In this document: positions 7,935-18,072 of the stretch, one piece after another
Numbering within the stretch: position 1 is the first letter of the stretch
Layout of the letters: the number at the start of each line of letters is the position of its first letter
Assembly: GCA_028821395.1 (NCBI GenBank)
Contig: JAPPGP010000044.1
Span: 6,196-70,195 of the forward strand
From: Defluviicoccus sp.
Lineage (GTDB): Bacteria > Pseudomonadota > Alphaproteobacteria > MPNO01
Length of the DNA stretch: 64,000 nt
Direction: 5' to 3'
Made by a program: the position numbers and the translations under genes
The notes under the pieces: model-generated
Told to the model about the DNA's origin: nothing
The model's input: only the letters and a program-made list of their open reading frames with translations
The model's database searches: none

Positions 7935-8942
7935 ATGAGCGAGACCATTCCCATGCGGGCCAAATTCGGCCTGTCGCTCTCGACCCGGGCCGTGCTGTTT
8001 GACTGGGGAAGCCTCGACGATCTGCTGGACATGGCGGAGACCGCCGAGGACTCGGGGCTGTTCCACGGCGTCTGGGTGGGCGACAACCTGTTGTCGAAGC
8101 CCCGGGTCGAGGCGCTGGTCACGCTGTCGGCGATGGCCGTCCGCACCAGCCGCGTGAAGCTCGGCACCGTCTGCCTGGCGAGCTTCCCGCTCCGCGATCC
8201 CCTGCTGTTCGCGCTGCAATGGGCGAGCCTCGACGTGCTGTCCAAGGGCCGCACGATCCTTGTCGTCTGCAATGGCGGTTCGCGTTTCGACGGGCCCCAG
8301 TTCGCCCACGAACTCGAGGTCATGGGGGTGAAGTCGGCCGAGCGGCCGGCCCGCGTGGTCGAGGGGATCCAGATCCTCCGCAAGCTGTGGGGCGAGGGCA
8401 AGGCGAGCCATGACGGCCGGTTTCGCAGCTTTGCCGACGTCGATTTGCAACCCAAGCCGGTGCAGCGTCCGGTGCCGATCCATATCGCCGTCAACCCCAA
8501 AGCGGACGACGTGACGGACCAGGCGATGGAACGGATCTTGCGGCGCGTCGCCAGCCATGCCGACGGCTGGCAGACCGACGGTACGCCGGTGGAGACCTTC
8601 GGGGAGCGCTTCGACAGGATCCGCGCCTACGCCGGGGAGATCGGCCGCGATCCCGCCTCCTTCGACGGATCGCTCCACATGATGGTCAATATCGACGAGG
8701 ACCGGGACCGCGCCTTCGCCGAGGCGACGACCTTCCTCGGCGCCTATTACGGCGCCGGCTACATCTCGCGCGACCAGGCCGAAACCTGGCTCGCCTGGGG
8801 CTCGCCGCAGGCGGTGATCGACAAGCTCGCCGCCTATATCGAGGCCGGCTGCACGATGCCGATCATGCGCTTCGTCTCCGCCCGCCCGCGCGAGCAGCTC
8901 CAGCGCTGCATCGAGGAGGTACTGCCCGCGTTCCGGGAGTGA
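7935..8942 (+). CDS. Luciferase-like (LLM class) flavin/F420-dependent oxidoreductase
   Basis: 335 aa, with its ATG 1 nt after the M20 stop and an upstream GGAGG. It has TIM-barrel LLM motifs (FGLSLS, GVWVGDNLL, LDVLSKGR). Confidence 0.85.
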   Translation: MSETIPMRAKFGLSLSTRAVLFDWGSLDDLLDMAETAEDSGLFHGVWVGDNLLSKPRVEALVTLSAMAVRTSRVKLGTVCLASFPLRDPLLFALQWASLDVLSKGRTILVVCNGGSRFDGPQFAHELEVMGVKSAERPARVVEGIQILRKLWGEGKASHDGRFRSFADVDLQPKPVQRPVPIHIAVNPKADDVTDQAMERILRRVASHADGWQTDGTPVETFGERFDRIRAYAGEIGRDPASFDGSLHMMVNIDEDRDRAFAEATTFLGAYYGAGYISRDQAETWLAWGSPQAVIDKLAAYIEAGCTMPIMRFVSARPREQLQRCIEEVLPAFRE

Positions 8943-8981
8943 GGCGGCGCGCTCCCGCCGTCACCGCTGGGGCAGGCCGCG

Positions 8982-11012
8982 CTACCTGAGCGCCGCGGCG
9001 ATATTGCCGCCGTCGACGGTGAGCACCGCCCCGGTGGTCTTTTCGGCCAGCGCGAGGTCGACGAAGGCCTTCGCCGCATCGTCCGCCGTCACCTCGCGGC
9101 CGAGCAGGTTGCCGGCCATGTATTCATCGGTGGAGACGCCGCGCGCCCGGGCGCGTTCCTCGATCCTCGCCCGGGTCATCAGCCCGCTCCGGATGCGGTC
9201 AGCGTTGACCGCGTTGGCGCGGATGCCCTCGGCGCCGTGGTCGAGCGCGTATTGCCGCATCAGGAACAGCGTCGCCGCCTTGGCGAGGCCGTAGGGCCCG
9301 AAATCGGGGCCCGGATTGACCGCCTGCTTGGAGGTGTTGAACAGCAGCACGCCGCCCAGCCGCTGCGCCCGGAAGATGCGAACCGCCGCCTGGGCGGCGC
9401 GCTGGTGGCCGTAGAAGTTGAGCTCGAAGCTCTCGCGGATCACCGCCTCGTCGACCTCGCCGATCCGGCCCTGCCACGCGGCCCCGGCATTCGAGACCAG
9501 GATGTCGAGACCGCCGAAGGATTCGGCCACGGCATCGAACGCCGCGGTCACGGAGGCGGGGTCGGTCACGTCGCAGGCGAAGGCGCGCGCGCCGAGCGCC
9601 GCCGCGGTCTCTTCCGCCGCCCGGCCGTCGCGGTCGAGGATCGCCACCTCCGCCCCCTCGCCTGCGAACGCGGCCGCCGTCGCCCGGCCGATCCCCGACG
9701 CGCCGCCGGTCACCGCGACGATATGGCGGGCGAGCGGCTTCTCCACCGCCTTGCCGAGCTTCGCCTGCTCCAGCGACCAGTACTCGATATCGAAGATTTC
9801 GGCCTCGGAGATGCTCTCGTACCGGCCGATGGACTCGGCTTGGGCGATGACGCGCGCCGTGGTCTCGGCGAGGTCGGCGGCGATGGCGGCGGCGCGCGAC
9901 GAGGCGCCGAGGCCGAACAGCCCGAGCCCGGGGACCAGGATCACCCGGGGGTAGGGGTCGAGGGCCCGCTTGGGTTCCGCCTGGCGGGCGTTGTTGCGCG
10001 CAAAATAGGCCTGGTAATCGCGGACGAAGCCGTCCATCGCCGCCCTGGCGTCCCGCGCGAAGTCCTCCAGCGCGCCTTTCCGGGGCGGCGCCAGGACCAG
10101 CGGCCTCGGCTTGGTGCGGATCGCGTGGTCGGGCGTGACCGGGCCCGAGGCCGCGTCTCCGAGCCCCTCGCGATCCACGAAGGCGCGCACGTCGGAGCCG
10201 CTGCGGAAGTCGAGGACGAGCCGGCCGGCGCCGCTCGCGAGACCGCGCAGGATGGGCGCGGCCGCGGCGGCCGGCACGTCCGGCCCGGTGGCCGCGACGC
10301 GCGATGCCGGCACGCTCGCGCGGCGCCGCGCGACATGCGCTTCCGCCCTGTCGGCCGCGGCGATCATCCGCTCATAGGCCTCCTCGGCGGTCCCGCCGAA
10401 GGTGAAGATTCCGTGCTTGAGCAGGATCAGCCCCTCGACCGACGGGTCCACGGCGTGGGCCGCGGCGCAGGCCTTGGCGAGCGCGAAGCCCGGCATGACG
10501 TAGGGCACCAGCCCCATCGTCCCGCCATAGACCTCGCGGCAGATCGCCTCGCCGTCCGGCTGGTCGGTGAGCGCGAGCACCGCGTCGGCATGCGTGTGGT
10601 CGACGAATTTGTGCGGCAGGAAGGCGTGCAGCAGGGTCTCCGTCGACGGGTTGGGCGCGCGGGGGTCCAGCAGGTTGACGCGCTGGAAATCCACCATCTC
10701 CTCGTCGCCGAGCCGGTCCAGCGCGTGGAGACGGCGCAGCGGCTCGAGCCTGACCGCGGGCAGGCCCGCAGGCTCGATATCGGCCATGTCCCAGCCCGAG
10801 CCCTTGACGCACAGCACGTCGGCCGGCTCGCCGAGCAGATCGGTCATCGCCGTCTTGACCGAGGTGTTGCCGCCGCCATGCAGCACGAGGGCGGGATCGC
10901 CGCCCAAGAGTCGGGTAGTGTAGACCCGGAGCGCCACGTCTTCGGGGACGCCCTCGGCCGCGTAGCGCGAGACCGTGCGGGCGGCATCGCGCGCCGAGTA
11001 GAGGCTCCGCAT
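8982..11012 (-). CDS. Bifunctional class II aldolase/adducin-domain plus short-chain dehydrogenase fusion protein
   Basis: 676 aa. The N-terminal aldolase-like part contains LHGGGNTSVK and FVDHTHADAVL. The C-terminal SDR part contains VTGGASGIGRATA and the catalytic YGLAK. Confidence 0.85.
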   Translation of the reverse strand: MRSLYSARDAARTVSRYAAEGVPEDVALRVYTTRLLGGDPALVLHGGGNTSVKTAMTDLLGEPADVLCVKGSGWDMADIEPAGLPAVRLEPLRRLHALDRLGDEEMVDFQRVNLLDPRAPNPSTETLLHAFLPHKFVDHTHADAVLALTDQPDGEAICREVYGGTMGLVPYVMPGFALAKACAAAHAVDPSVEGLILLKHGIFTFGGTAEEAYERMIAAADRAEAHVARRRASVPASRVAATGPDVPAAAAAPILRGLASGAGRLVLDFRSGSDVRAFVDREGLGDAASGPVTPDHAIRTKPRPLVLAPPRKGALEDFARDARAAMDGFVRDYQAYFARNNARQAEPKRALDPYPRVILVPGLGLFGLGASSRAAAIAADLAETTARVIAQAESIGRYESISEAEIFDIEYWSLEQAKLGKAVEKPLARHIVAVTGGASGIGRATAAAFAGEGAEVAILDRDGRAAEETAAALGARAFACDVTDPASVTAAFDAVAESFGGLDILVSNAGAAWQGRIGEVDEAVIRESFELNFYGHQRAAQAAVRIFRAQRLGGVLLFNTSKQAVNPGPDFGPYGLAKAATLFLMRQYALDHGAEGIRANAVNADRIRSGLMTRARIEERARARGVSTDEYMAGNLLGREVTADDAAKAFVDLALAEKTTGAVLTVDGGNIAAALR

Positions 11013-11018
11013 CTCCGC

Positions 11019-12119
11019 CTACCCCGCCTGTGCCCGCCGCCGCTCCGGGTAGAGCGCGAGCAGGCCTTGTGCGGAGGCCTCCGCGACGCCGCGCTCGGTG
11101 ATCAGCGCGGTCACCAGGCGGGCCGGGGTCACGTCGAAGCCCGGGTTGAAGACCGGGCTTGCCGCCGGCGTCAGGCGGATTGTGCGGATCTCGCCCGCCT
11201 CGGTCTCGCCGGTCGCGGTCGCGACCTCCGCCCCGGCGCGCTCCTCGATCGGCAGGCCGGCGCCGCTCTCGGCCGTCCAATCGATGGTCGGGCCGGGCAG
11301 GGCGACGTAGAACGGGATTTCGTTGTCGGAGGCGGCGAGCGCCTTCAGATAGGTGCCGATCTTGTTGCACACGTCGCCGTTGGCACACGTCCGGTCGGTG
11401 CCGGTGATGCAGAGATCGACCCTGCCGTCCTGCATCAGATGGCCGCCCGCATTGTCGACGATCACGGTGTGCGGCACGCCGTGGGCGGCGAGCTCCCAGG
11501 CGGTCAGACCGGCGCCTTGGTTGCGCGGCCGGGTCTCGTCCACCCAGACATGGAGCTCGACGCCCGCGTCGTGGGCGCGATAGATCGGGGCGAGCGCGGT
11601 GCCGCCGTCGACCGTGGCGAGCCAACCCGCGTTGCAGTGGGTGAGCACGTTGACCGGTCCCGCGCGGCGCCGGGCGGCGTCGCGCAGCAGCTCCGCCCCG
11701 TTCTCGCCGATCGCCCGGTTGATCGCCACGTCCTCGTCGCAGATCTCGGCCGCCCGCGCGTAGGCCGCATCGGCCCGCCCTGCCTCGTCGACGGCGAGGA
11801 TGCGGGACTTCATGTCGTCGAGTGCCCAGCGCAGATTGACCGCCGTCGGGCGGGTCGCGAGAAGCGCGGCACAGGCGGCCTCGACCGAGCCCGTGGACGG
11901 GTCGCGGTTGACGGCGAGGCAGAGCCCGTAGGCCGCAGTGGCGCCGATCAGCGGCGCGCCGCGCACCTTCATGTCGCTTATCGCCGCCGCCGCGTCCTCC
12001 AGCGTCGCGAGCCGCGCGATCTCGAAGCGGTGCGGCAGGAGGGTCTGGTCGACGATCTCGACGGTCTCGCCGTCGGCCGCGAGCTGGATCGACCGCCGGG
12101 GGACCCCGTCGACCTTCAT
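11019..12119 (-). CDS. mtnA: S-methyl-5-thioribose-1-phosphate isomerase
   Basis: 366 aa with LPHRFEIARLATLEDAAAAISDMKVRGAPLIGATAAYG, an eIF2B-related MtnA pattern. Its start overlaps the mtnP stop (ATGA). Confidence 0.9.
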   Translation of the reverse strand: MKVDGVPRRSIQLAADGETVEIVDQTLLPHRFEIARLATLEDAAAAISDMKVRGAPLIGATAAYGLCLAVNRDPSTGSVEAACAALLATRPTAVNLRWALDDMKSRILAVDEAGRADAAYARAAEICDEDVAINRAIGENGAELLRDAARRRAGPVNVLTHCNAGWLATVDGGTALAPIYRAHDAGVELHVWVDETRPRNQGAGLTAWELAAHGVPHTVIVDNAGGHLMQDGRVDLCITGTDRTCANGDVCNKIGTYLKALAASDNEIPFYVALPGPTIDWTAESGAGLPIEERAGAEVATATGETEAGEIRTIRLTPAASPVFNPGFDVTPARLVTALITERGVAEASAQGLLALYPERRRAQAG

Positions 12120-13003
12120 CGTCCGAGCACGCGTCCCGCCACCGCGTCGAGCCGGGCGGCGAGCTCGGGGTCGCGCGCGCCCGGCGGGGTGATCAGCGCG
12201 GTGTCGAGGACCGTATGGCAGCCCGCCGGGCAGGCCGCGTTCCTTCCGGCCAGCAGCGGGACCGCCGCTTCGACGAGCCGCCGGGCGCGCGCCGCGTTCG
12301 CCTGCAGCACCTCGATCACCGCCTCCACCGTCACGTCGTCATGGCCCGGATGCCAGCAATCGTAGTCGGTGACCATCGCCACCGTCGCGTAGCACATCTC
12401 GGCCTCGCGGGCGAGCTTGGCCTCCGGCATGTTGGTCATGCCGATGACATCGGCGCCCCAGGAGCGGTAAAGCTCGGACTCCGCCCGGCTGGAGAATTGC
12501 GGGCCGTCGATCGCCACATAGGTGCCGCCGCGCACGGTCTCGATGCCGAGGCCGGACGCGGCCTCTTCCAGCGCATCGCCGAGCCGGGGGCAGACCGGGT
12601 CGGCCATCGACACATGGGCGACCAGCCCGGTCCCGAAGAAGGTCTTGATGCGCCGGAAGGTGCGGTCGATGAACTGGTCGACCAGCACCAAGGTGCCCGG
12701 CGCCAGCGCCTCGTCCAGGCTGCCGACGGCGCTCAGCGACAGGATCTCGGTCGCGCCGACGCGCTTGAGCGCGTCGATATTGGCGCGGAAGTTGATCTCG
12801 CCCGGCGGCGTCGCGTGGCCGCGCCCATGGCGCGGCAGGAAGGCGAGCGCCTGCCCGCCGAGCGTGCCCAGCAGAATCTCGTCCGACGGCGCGCCGAAGG
12901 GCGTGTCCACCGCCTCCCGGCGCCGGCCGGTCAGCCCGTCGATATCGTAGAGCCCGCTGCCGCCGACGATGCCGACAACCGGTGGCGTTCCGGGCTCCGC
13001 CAT
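12116..13003 (-). CDS. mtnP: S-methyl-5'-thioadenosine phosphorylase
   Basis: 295 aa with IVGGSGLYD, FLPRHGRGH and VIGMTNMPEAKLAREAE, which are PNP/MTAP family motifs. Confidence 0.9.
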   Translation of the reverse strand: MAEPGTPPVVGIVGGSGLYDIDGLTGRRREAVDTPFGAPSDEILLGTLGGQALAFLPRHGRGHATPPGEINFRANIDALKRVGATEILSLSAVGSLDEALAPGTLVLVDQFIDRTFRRIKTFFGTGLVAHVSMADPVCPRLGDALEEAASGLGIETVRGGTYVAIDGPQFSSRAESELYRSWGADVIGMTNMPEAKLAREAEMCYATVAMVTDYDCWHPGHDDVTVEAVIEVLQANAARARRLVEAAVPLLAGRNAACPAGCHTVLDTALITPPGARDPELAARLDAVAGRVLGR

Positions 13004-13045
13004 GGCGTCTCTCTCCGCTGGGGCGGAGGCCTCCTCACTGCGGGC

Positions 13046-13810
13046 TCAATGCGGGACGTCGGACCAGATCGCGCGCTTGACCGCGTACAGCATGCCGGTG
13101 AGCAGGATCAGGAAGAGCACGATCTTGACGCCCATGCGCTTGCGCTCCTCGAGCTCGGGCTCGGCGGCCCAGACGAGGAAATTGGTCACGTCCTTCGCCA
13201 TCTGGCTCACCGTCGCCTCGGTGCCGTCGGCGTATTCCACCTGGTCCTCGCTCAGCGGCGCCGGCATGGCGATCTGATGGCCCGGGAAGTAGGCGTTGTA
13301 TTCCATGCCCTCGGACATCTCCATCTCCGCCGGCGCCTCCCGGTAGCCCACCATCAGCCCGTAGAGGTAGTCGGGGCCGCCGATGCGCGACTTGGCGACC
13401 AGCGACAGGTCGGGCGGGAGCGCGCCGTTATTGGCGGCGCGCGCGGCGTTGTCGTTGGCGAACGGCGACACGAACCGGTCGCTCGGCCGGGCGGGGCGGT
13501 CGAACATCTCGCCCTCGGCGTCGGGGCCGTCGGCGACCTCGACCTCGGCGGCGATCGCCTTCACCTGATCCTCGGAGAAGCCGATCTCGGTCAGATTGCG
13601 GTAGTGGACGAGGCGCAGCGAATGGCAGGCCGCGCAGACCTCGGTGTAGACCTGGAAGCCGCGCCTGAGCGCCGCCCGGTCGAAGGCGCCGAACAGCCCG
13701 TCGAAGGTCCACTTCATGCTCGGCGGGGCGACGGCGTCGGCGGCGGTGGCGGCCGGGCTCGCGCCGATCACGACGAGCGCGGCGAGGATGGCGCGTGCGG
13801 TCCGCCTCAT
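13046..13810 (-). CDS. petC: Cytochrome c1 of the bc1 complex
   Basis: 254 aa from ATG 13810 with a signal peptide, the CAACHS heme motif and a C-terminal TM anchor. The start overlaps the petB stop (ATGA). The ORF-track frame 13046..15889 is an artefactual extension. Confidence 0.9.
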   Translation of the reverse strand: MRRTARAILAALVVIGASPAATAADAVAPPSMKWTFDGLFGAFDRAALRRGFQVYTEVCAACHSLRLVHYRNLTEIGFSEDQVKAIAAEVEVADGPDAEGEMFDRPARPSDRFVSPFANDNAARAANNGALPPDLSLVAKSRIGGPDYLYGLMVGYREAPAEMEMSEGMEYNAYFPGHQIAMPAPLSEDQVEYADGTEATVSQMAKDVTNFLVWAAEPELEERKRMGVKIVLFLILLTGMLYAVKRAIWSDVPH

Positions 13811-15087
13811 TGCGCCTTCTCCATCGGCTGCGGCGCCGCCGCCGGCGGCCCGGCGCTTCCTCCCAGCACCGGCTCGGCGATGCTGGTCGGCAGCGGGCGC
13901 GGCGTCTCGATCACCGAGAGCAGCGGCATCAGGATCAGGAAATGGGCGAAGTAGTAGAGCGTCGCGACCTGGCCGATGATCACGAACATGCCCTCGGGCG
14001 GGTTGCCGCCGACCCAGCCCAGCACCAGGCAGTCGATCACCAGCACCCAGAAGAGCTGCTTGTAGATCGGCCGGTAGCGCGCGCTGCGCACCGGCGAGCG
14101 ATCGAGCCAGGGGACGATGAACAGGACCAGGACGGAGCCGAACATCGCGACGACGCCGAGCAGCTTGGCCGACAGGAACCAGATGTCGAAGGTAATCGCG
14201 CGGAGGATCGCGTAGAACGGCAGGAAGTACCATTCGGGCACGATATGCGGCGGCGTCAGCAGCGGGTTGGCCGGAATGTAGTTCTCCGGCTCGCCGAAGA
14301 AGTTGGGCGCGAAGAACACGAATCCCGCGAAGATCGTCAGGAACGCGCTCAGCCCGAACATGTCCTTGACGGTGTAGTAGGGGTGGAAGGGGATCTTGTC
14401 CTGCGGCCCCTTGGCGTCGATGCCGAGCGGGTTGTTCGAGCCGTGCTGGTGCAGCGCGATCAGGTGCAGGGCGACCACGCCGACGATCACGAAGGGCATC
14501 AAATAGTGCAGGCTGTAGAACCGGTTGAGCGTCGGGTTGTCGACCGTGAAGCCGCCCCACAGCCAGGTCACGATGGTGTCGCCGACGATGGGTATCGCCG
14601 AGAAGAAATTGGTGATCACGGTCGCGCCCCAGAAGCTCATCTGGCCCCAGGGGAGCACGTAGCCCATGAACGCGGTGGCCATCATGCAGAGCAGGATGAC
14701 CACGCCGAGGATCCACAGGATCTCGCGCGGCGACTTGTAGGAGCCATAGTACAGCCCGCGGAAGATGTGGATGTAGACGATGGCGAAGAAGGCCGAACCG
14801 CCGTTGGTGTGGATATAGCGGATCAGCCAGCCATAGTTCACGTCGCGCATGATGCGCTCGACGCTGTCGAAGGCGTGGTCGACATGCGGCGTGTAGTGCA
14901 TCGCCAGCACGATGCCGGTCACGATCATGATGACCAGCACGATCCCGGCGAGCGAGCCGAAATTCCACCAGTAGCTGAGATTGCGCGGCGTCGGGTAGTC
15001 GATCAGCTCCTTCTCGGCGAAGGAGAACATCGGCAGGCGGTAGTCGATCCACTGGACCAGGCGGTTCTTCATCCAGGGCTGCGGCAT
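13807..15087 (-). CDS. petB: Cytochrome b
   Basis: 426 aa with [23 protein letters not shown] and [13 protein letters not shown], all classic cytochrome b motifs. Confidence 0.95.
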   Translation of the reverse strand: MPQPWMKNRLVQWIDYRLPMFSFAEKELIDYPTPRNLSYWWNFGSLAGIVLVIMIVTGIVLAMHYTPHVDHAFDSVERIMRDVNYGWLIRYIHTNGGSAFFAIVYIHIFRGLYYGSYKSPREILWILGVVILLCMMATAFMGYVLPWGQMSFWGATVITNFFSAIPIVGDTIVTWLWGGFTVDNPTLNRFYSLHYLMPFVIVGVVALHLIALHQHGSNNPLGIDAKGPQDKIPFHPYYTVKDMFGLSAFLTIFAGFVFFAPNFFGEPENYIPANPLLTPPHIVPEWYFLPFYAILRAITFDIWFLSAKLLGVVAMFGSVLVLFIVPWLDRSPVRSARYRPIYKQLFWVLVIDCLVLGWVGGNPPEGMFVIIGQVATLYYFAHFLILMPLLSVIETPRPLPTSIAEPVLGGSAGPPAAAPQPMEKAQ

Positions 15088-15099
15088 GGACCTTCCCCC

Positions 15100-15651
15100 C
15101 TAGCCGATGCGCACGAGGCTGTCGGACAGGAACTCGTAGGACGGCACCGCCAGGTTCTCCGGCGCGGGCCCCTTGCGGATGCGTCCCGACGTGTCGTAGT
15201 GCGAGCCGTGGCAGGGGCAGAACCAGCCGCCGAAATCGCCCTTCCTGTCGCCCGTCGCCTGCCCCTTGGGGATGCAGCCGAGATGGGTGCAGACGCCGAC
15301 CACGATCAGCCATTCCGGCCTCTTGACCCGCTGCCCGTCCGACTGGGGATCGGGCAGGTCGTCGAGCGCGACCGCCGCCGCCTGCTCGATCTCGGCCTCG
15401 GTCCGGCGGCGGACGAAGACCGGCTTGCCGCGCCACACCACGGTGATCGATTGCCCGGCCTCGATCGGCGACAGGTCGACCTCGGTGGTGGCCAGCGCCA
15501 GCGTGTCCTTGGCCGGGCTCATCTGGTGGATCAGCGGCCAGAGCGCGACCGCGCTGCCCGCGGCGCCGAACGCGCCGGTCGCCAGATAGAGAAAATCGCG
15601 GCGCGTCTCGCCGTGGCCGTCGCCGGCCCTGGTGTCCTCGGAATCCGCCAT
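15100..15651 (-). CDS. petA: Ubiquinol-cytochrome c reductase Rieske iron-sulfur subunit
   Basis: 183 aa with a Tat-like TRRDFLY motif and the Rieske boxes CTHLGC and CPCHGS. Confidence 0.95.
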   Translation of the reverse strand: MADSEDTRAGDGHGETRRDFLYLATGAFGAAGSAVALWPLIHQMSPAKDTLALATTEVDLSPIEAGQSITVVWRGKPVFVRRRTEAEIEQAAAVALDDLPDPQSDGQRVKRPEWLIVVGVCTHLGCIPKGQATGDRKGDFGGWFCPCHGSHYDTSGRIRKGPAPENLAVPSYEFLSDSLVRIG

Positions 15652-15852
15652 GGAGCAACCTCTCGGCAGGGCAGGAAAACACGTTTCGGTCCGCAGCGGC
15701 GAAAACTAGCCGCCACCGGCGCGCACCGCAACGCTGCCCGGGAATGCGGCCGCGCGGCCGCCTCCGGAACCGCCGCCCGCCGCCCTGATCGCGCAACGGG
15801 CAGGGCAACGGGTATAATCGAATCCGTCTCCGAATCAAGGACCCAGGTGGCG

Positions 15853-16707
15853 ATGACGGTCGCGGACAGGCAGCAGCGCGCGGCGGCATGGTTCCGTACC
15901 CTGCGCGACCGTTTCTGCGCCGCCTTCGAAGCGCTGGAGGACGAGCATGCGCACGGGCCCGGCGCGCTCGGGCGGTTCGAACGCAGCACCTGGCGGCGGC
16001 CGACCGGGGACGGCTCGGACGGCGGCGGCGGCGAGATGTCGATCATGAAGGGCCGCGTGTTCGAGAAGATCGGCGTCAACTTCTCCGCCGTCCACGGCCG
16101 CTTCTCGGCGCAGTTCCAGCACCGCATCCCGGGCGCGGAGGCCGATCCGCGCTTCTGGGCGAGCGGAATCTCGGTGGTCGCCCATCCGTGCTCGCCTTTG
16201 GTGCCGGCGATGCACATGAACACGCGCTTCATCGTCACCGCCAAGGCCTGGTTCGGCGGCGGCGGCGACCTGACCCCGATCTACCCGGACGAGGATGCTG
16301 CGGCCGCTTTCCACGCCGCGCTCAAGGCCGCCTGCGACCCCTACGATCCCGGCCGCTACGCGGCTTACCGGCAGGCCTGCGACGACTATTTCTTCCTGCC
16401 CCACCGGGACGAGCCGCGCGGCGCCGGCGGCATCTTCTACGACAATCTGGAGAGCGGCGACTGGGAGGCCGATTTCGCCTTCACCCGGGATGTCGGCTGC
16501 GCGGTTCTGGAAGCTTATCCCGGGATCGTCCGCGAGCGCATGGCGGCGCCCTGGACCGAGGCGCAACGCGCCCATCAACTCATCCGGCGCGGGCGCTATG
16601 TCGAGTTCAACCTGCTCTACGACCGGGGCACCGAGTTCGGGCTGAAGACCGGCGGCAACGTGGAGGCGATCCTGATGTCGCTGCCGCCCGTCGTCGCCTG
16701 GCCGTAA
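15853..16707 (+). CDS. hemF: Oxygen-dependent coproporphyrinogen III oxidase
   Basis: About 284 aa from ATG 15853 (an in-frame GTG at 15847 is also possible). Motifs: [45 protein letters not shown] and [16 protein letters not shown]. Confidence 0.9.
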   Translation: MTVADRQQRAAAWFRTLRDRFCAAFEALEDEHAHGPGALGRFERSTWRRPTGDGSDGGGGEMSIMKGRVFEKIGVNFSAVHGRFSAQFQHRIPGAEADPRFWASGISVVAHPCSPLVPAMHMNTRFIVTAKAWFGGGGDLTPIYPDEDAAAAFHAALKAACDPYDPGRYAAYRQACDDYFFLPHRDEPRGAGGIFYDNLESGDWEADFAFTRDVGCAVLEAYPGIVRERMAAPWTEAQRAHQLIRRGRYVEFNLLYDRGTEFGLKTGGNVEAILMSLPPVVAWP

Positions 16708-16717
16708 CGCCGTTCGG

Positions 16718-17533
16718 TCAGCGGGTCCAGAGTCTCGGAAAGATCTCGGCGTCGATCGGCCCGCCCTCGACGAGATGCGGCGCGTCGTAGAAGGTCGGCG
16801 AGTAGCGCCCGGGGTTCCAGGTGATGTCGTCGCCGCAGAAGCGGAGCGAGACCGCGCGGCGCGGCGTCGGCAGCGGGTTGCCGTTGGCGGCGTGCAGGGT
16901 CGCGCCGTGGAACACCGCCACGTCGCCCGGCTCGAGGTCGAAGCAGACCGTCGGGTAGCGCTCGGGATCGCCGTCGATGTCGGGCACCGTGTCGTCGAAC
17001 TGCTCGGTCTCGGGCACGAAATCCCCCCTTCCGATCCTGACCGGGCGGAACAGCTTGCCCCAGGCGTGCGAGCCGACCGCGAAGCGGAGCGAGCCCGTTT
17101 CCTCCGTCACGGGATCGAGCGGCACCCAGAAGCTGCAGATCTGCGAGCCCTTGATGCGGAAATAGGGCAAGTCGTGATGCCACCAGGTCGGCGTGTCGGT
17201 GCCCGGCTCCTTGATCAGCAAATGCTCGTCATAGAGGTTGATCCGGCTCGCCCCCATCAGCTCGGCGGCGAGTCTCGCCATCGGCGATTCGTGCATGAAG
17301 CGGCGGAACTGCTCGAAGCGCAGGAACATGCCGTGATCGGTGTGGAACCGGCTCTCGCCCTCGCCGTAATCCTTGGCGACCTCGCTCGGCTCGGCGATCG
17401 CCGCATCCATCCCCTCGGCGAGCAGCGCAAGCCACTCCGGCGCGACGACGCCGCGCAGGCAAAGCGCCCCGTCGCGCCGCCACGCCGCCCGCTCTTCGTC
17501 GCTGATATGTCTCTCTTCCAGGACCGTGGCCAT
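16718..17533 (-). CDS. Phytanoyl-CoA dioxygenase (PhyH) family Fe(II)/2-oxoglutarate oxygenase
   Basis: 271 aa from ATG 17533 (MATVLEERH...). It has WHHDLPY (HxD) and a distal H in VFHGATLHAA. Confidence 0.75.
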   Translation of the reverse strand: MATVLEERHISDEERAAWRRDGALCLRGVVAPEWLALLAEGMDAAIAEPSEVAKDYGEGESRFHTDHGMFLRFEQFRRFMHESPMARLAAELMGASRINLYDEHLLIKEPGTDTPTWWHHDLPYFRIKGSQICSFWVPLDPVTEETGSLRFAVGSHAWGKLFRPVRIGRGDFVPETEQFDDTVPDIDGDPERYPTVCFDLEPGDVAVFHGATLHAANGNPLPTPRRAVSLRFCGDDITWNPGRYSPTFYDAPHLVEGGPIDAEIFPRLWTR

Positions 17534-17658
17534 CGCTCCGCCCCATCCCAAGCCTTTGCGGATTGTCCCCGCGGCGAGGCGGCAAGGCAAGACCGTTCGG
17601 CCTCGCGTGGCGTCCCGCTTGCGACGTTCGTCGCCCTTCGATTCCGCGTCCCCTCACC

Positions 17659-18072
17659 CGTCATGCCCGGACTCGTTCCGGGCCCCCACGGGCGGTGCCT
17701 TCAGAGCCGGGGGTGGCCTGACCCGTCCCCACGCCTCCCCCACACGTCATGCCCGGACTTGATCCGGGCACCCATGGGCGGTGCATGGAGAGCCGGGCCG
17801 GCCCCCCCCAGCGCCATCCTTCCAGCCGGGTCGCCGTGCGCGCGGAGATGCCGCATGGGTGGCCGGATCAAGTCCGGCCATGACAGGTGGTGGGGGCGGC
17901 GGAGGAGCAGGGAGAACCGGGTGTGGCCCGCGTCGAAGGCTAAACCGGACAACGGTGGAACAAGTCCGGGCATCCATACTGGGTATCGCCCCGGCCGCTT
18001 GAATTGGGGGCGGCGGGCGTGGATGGCCGCAACCAGCCCCGGACCGTGATCCGGGGGCCGGCCATGACGAAA
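17659..18072. repeat. Cluster of five REP-like hairpin repeats in mixed orientation
   Basis: Forward copies are at 17659-17712 and 17745-17800, with core CGTCATGCCCGGACT(C/T)G(T/A)TCCGGGC. Inverted or partial copies are at 17853-17887, 17955-17977 and 18041-18072. Related sequence occurs at 47655-47775 and 2693-2730. Confidence 0.65.

Noticed and set aside
9237-12365. 1042-aa plus-strand ORF spanning the aldolase-SDR, mtnA and mtnP loci
   Set aside because: It is antisense to three well-supported genes. It crosses their boundaries without regard to them and has a repetitive Arg/Gly/Asp/His-rich composition.
15790-15818. TATAAT hexamer (15813-15818) about 35 nt upstream of the hemF start, as a promoter
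   Set aside because: The -10 is perfect, but no acceptable -35 lies 16-18 nt upstream (GCGCAA or TCGCGC), so I cannot support it as a feature. TSS mapping would settle it.
17659-18072. Possible CRISPR array
   Set aside because: The repeats are imperfect, occur in both orientations and have irregular spacing (direct copies 86 bp apart, others not periodic). There are no cas genes and no leader.
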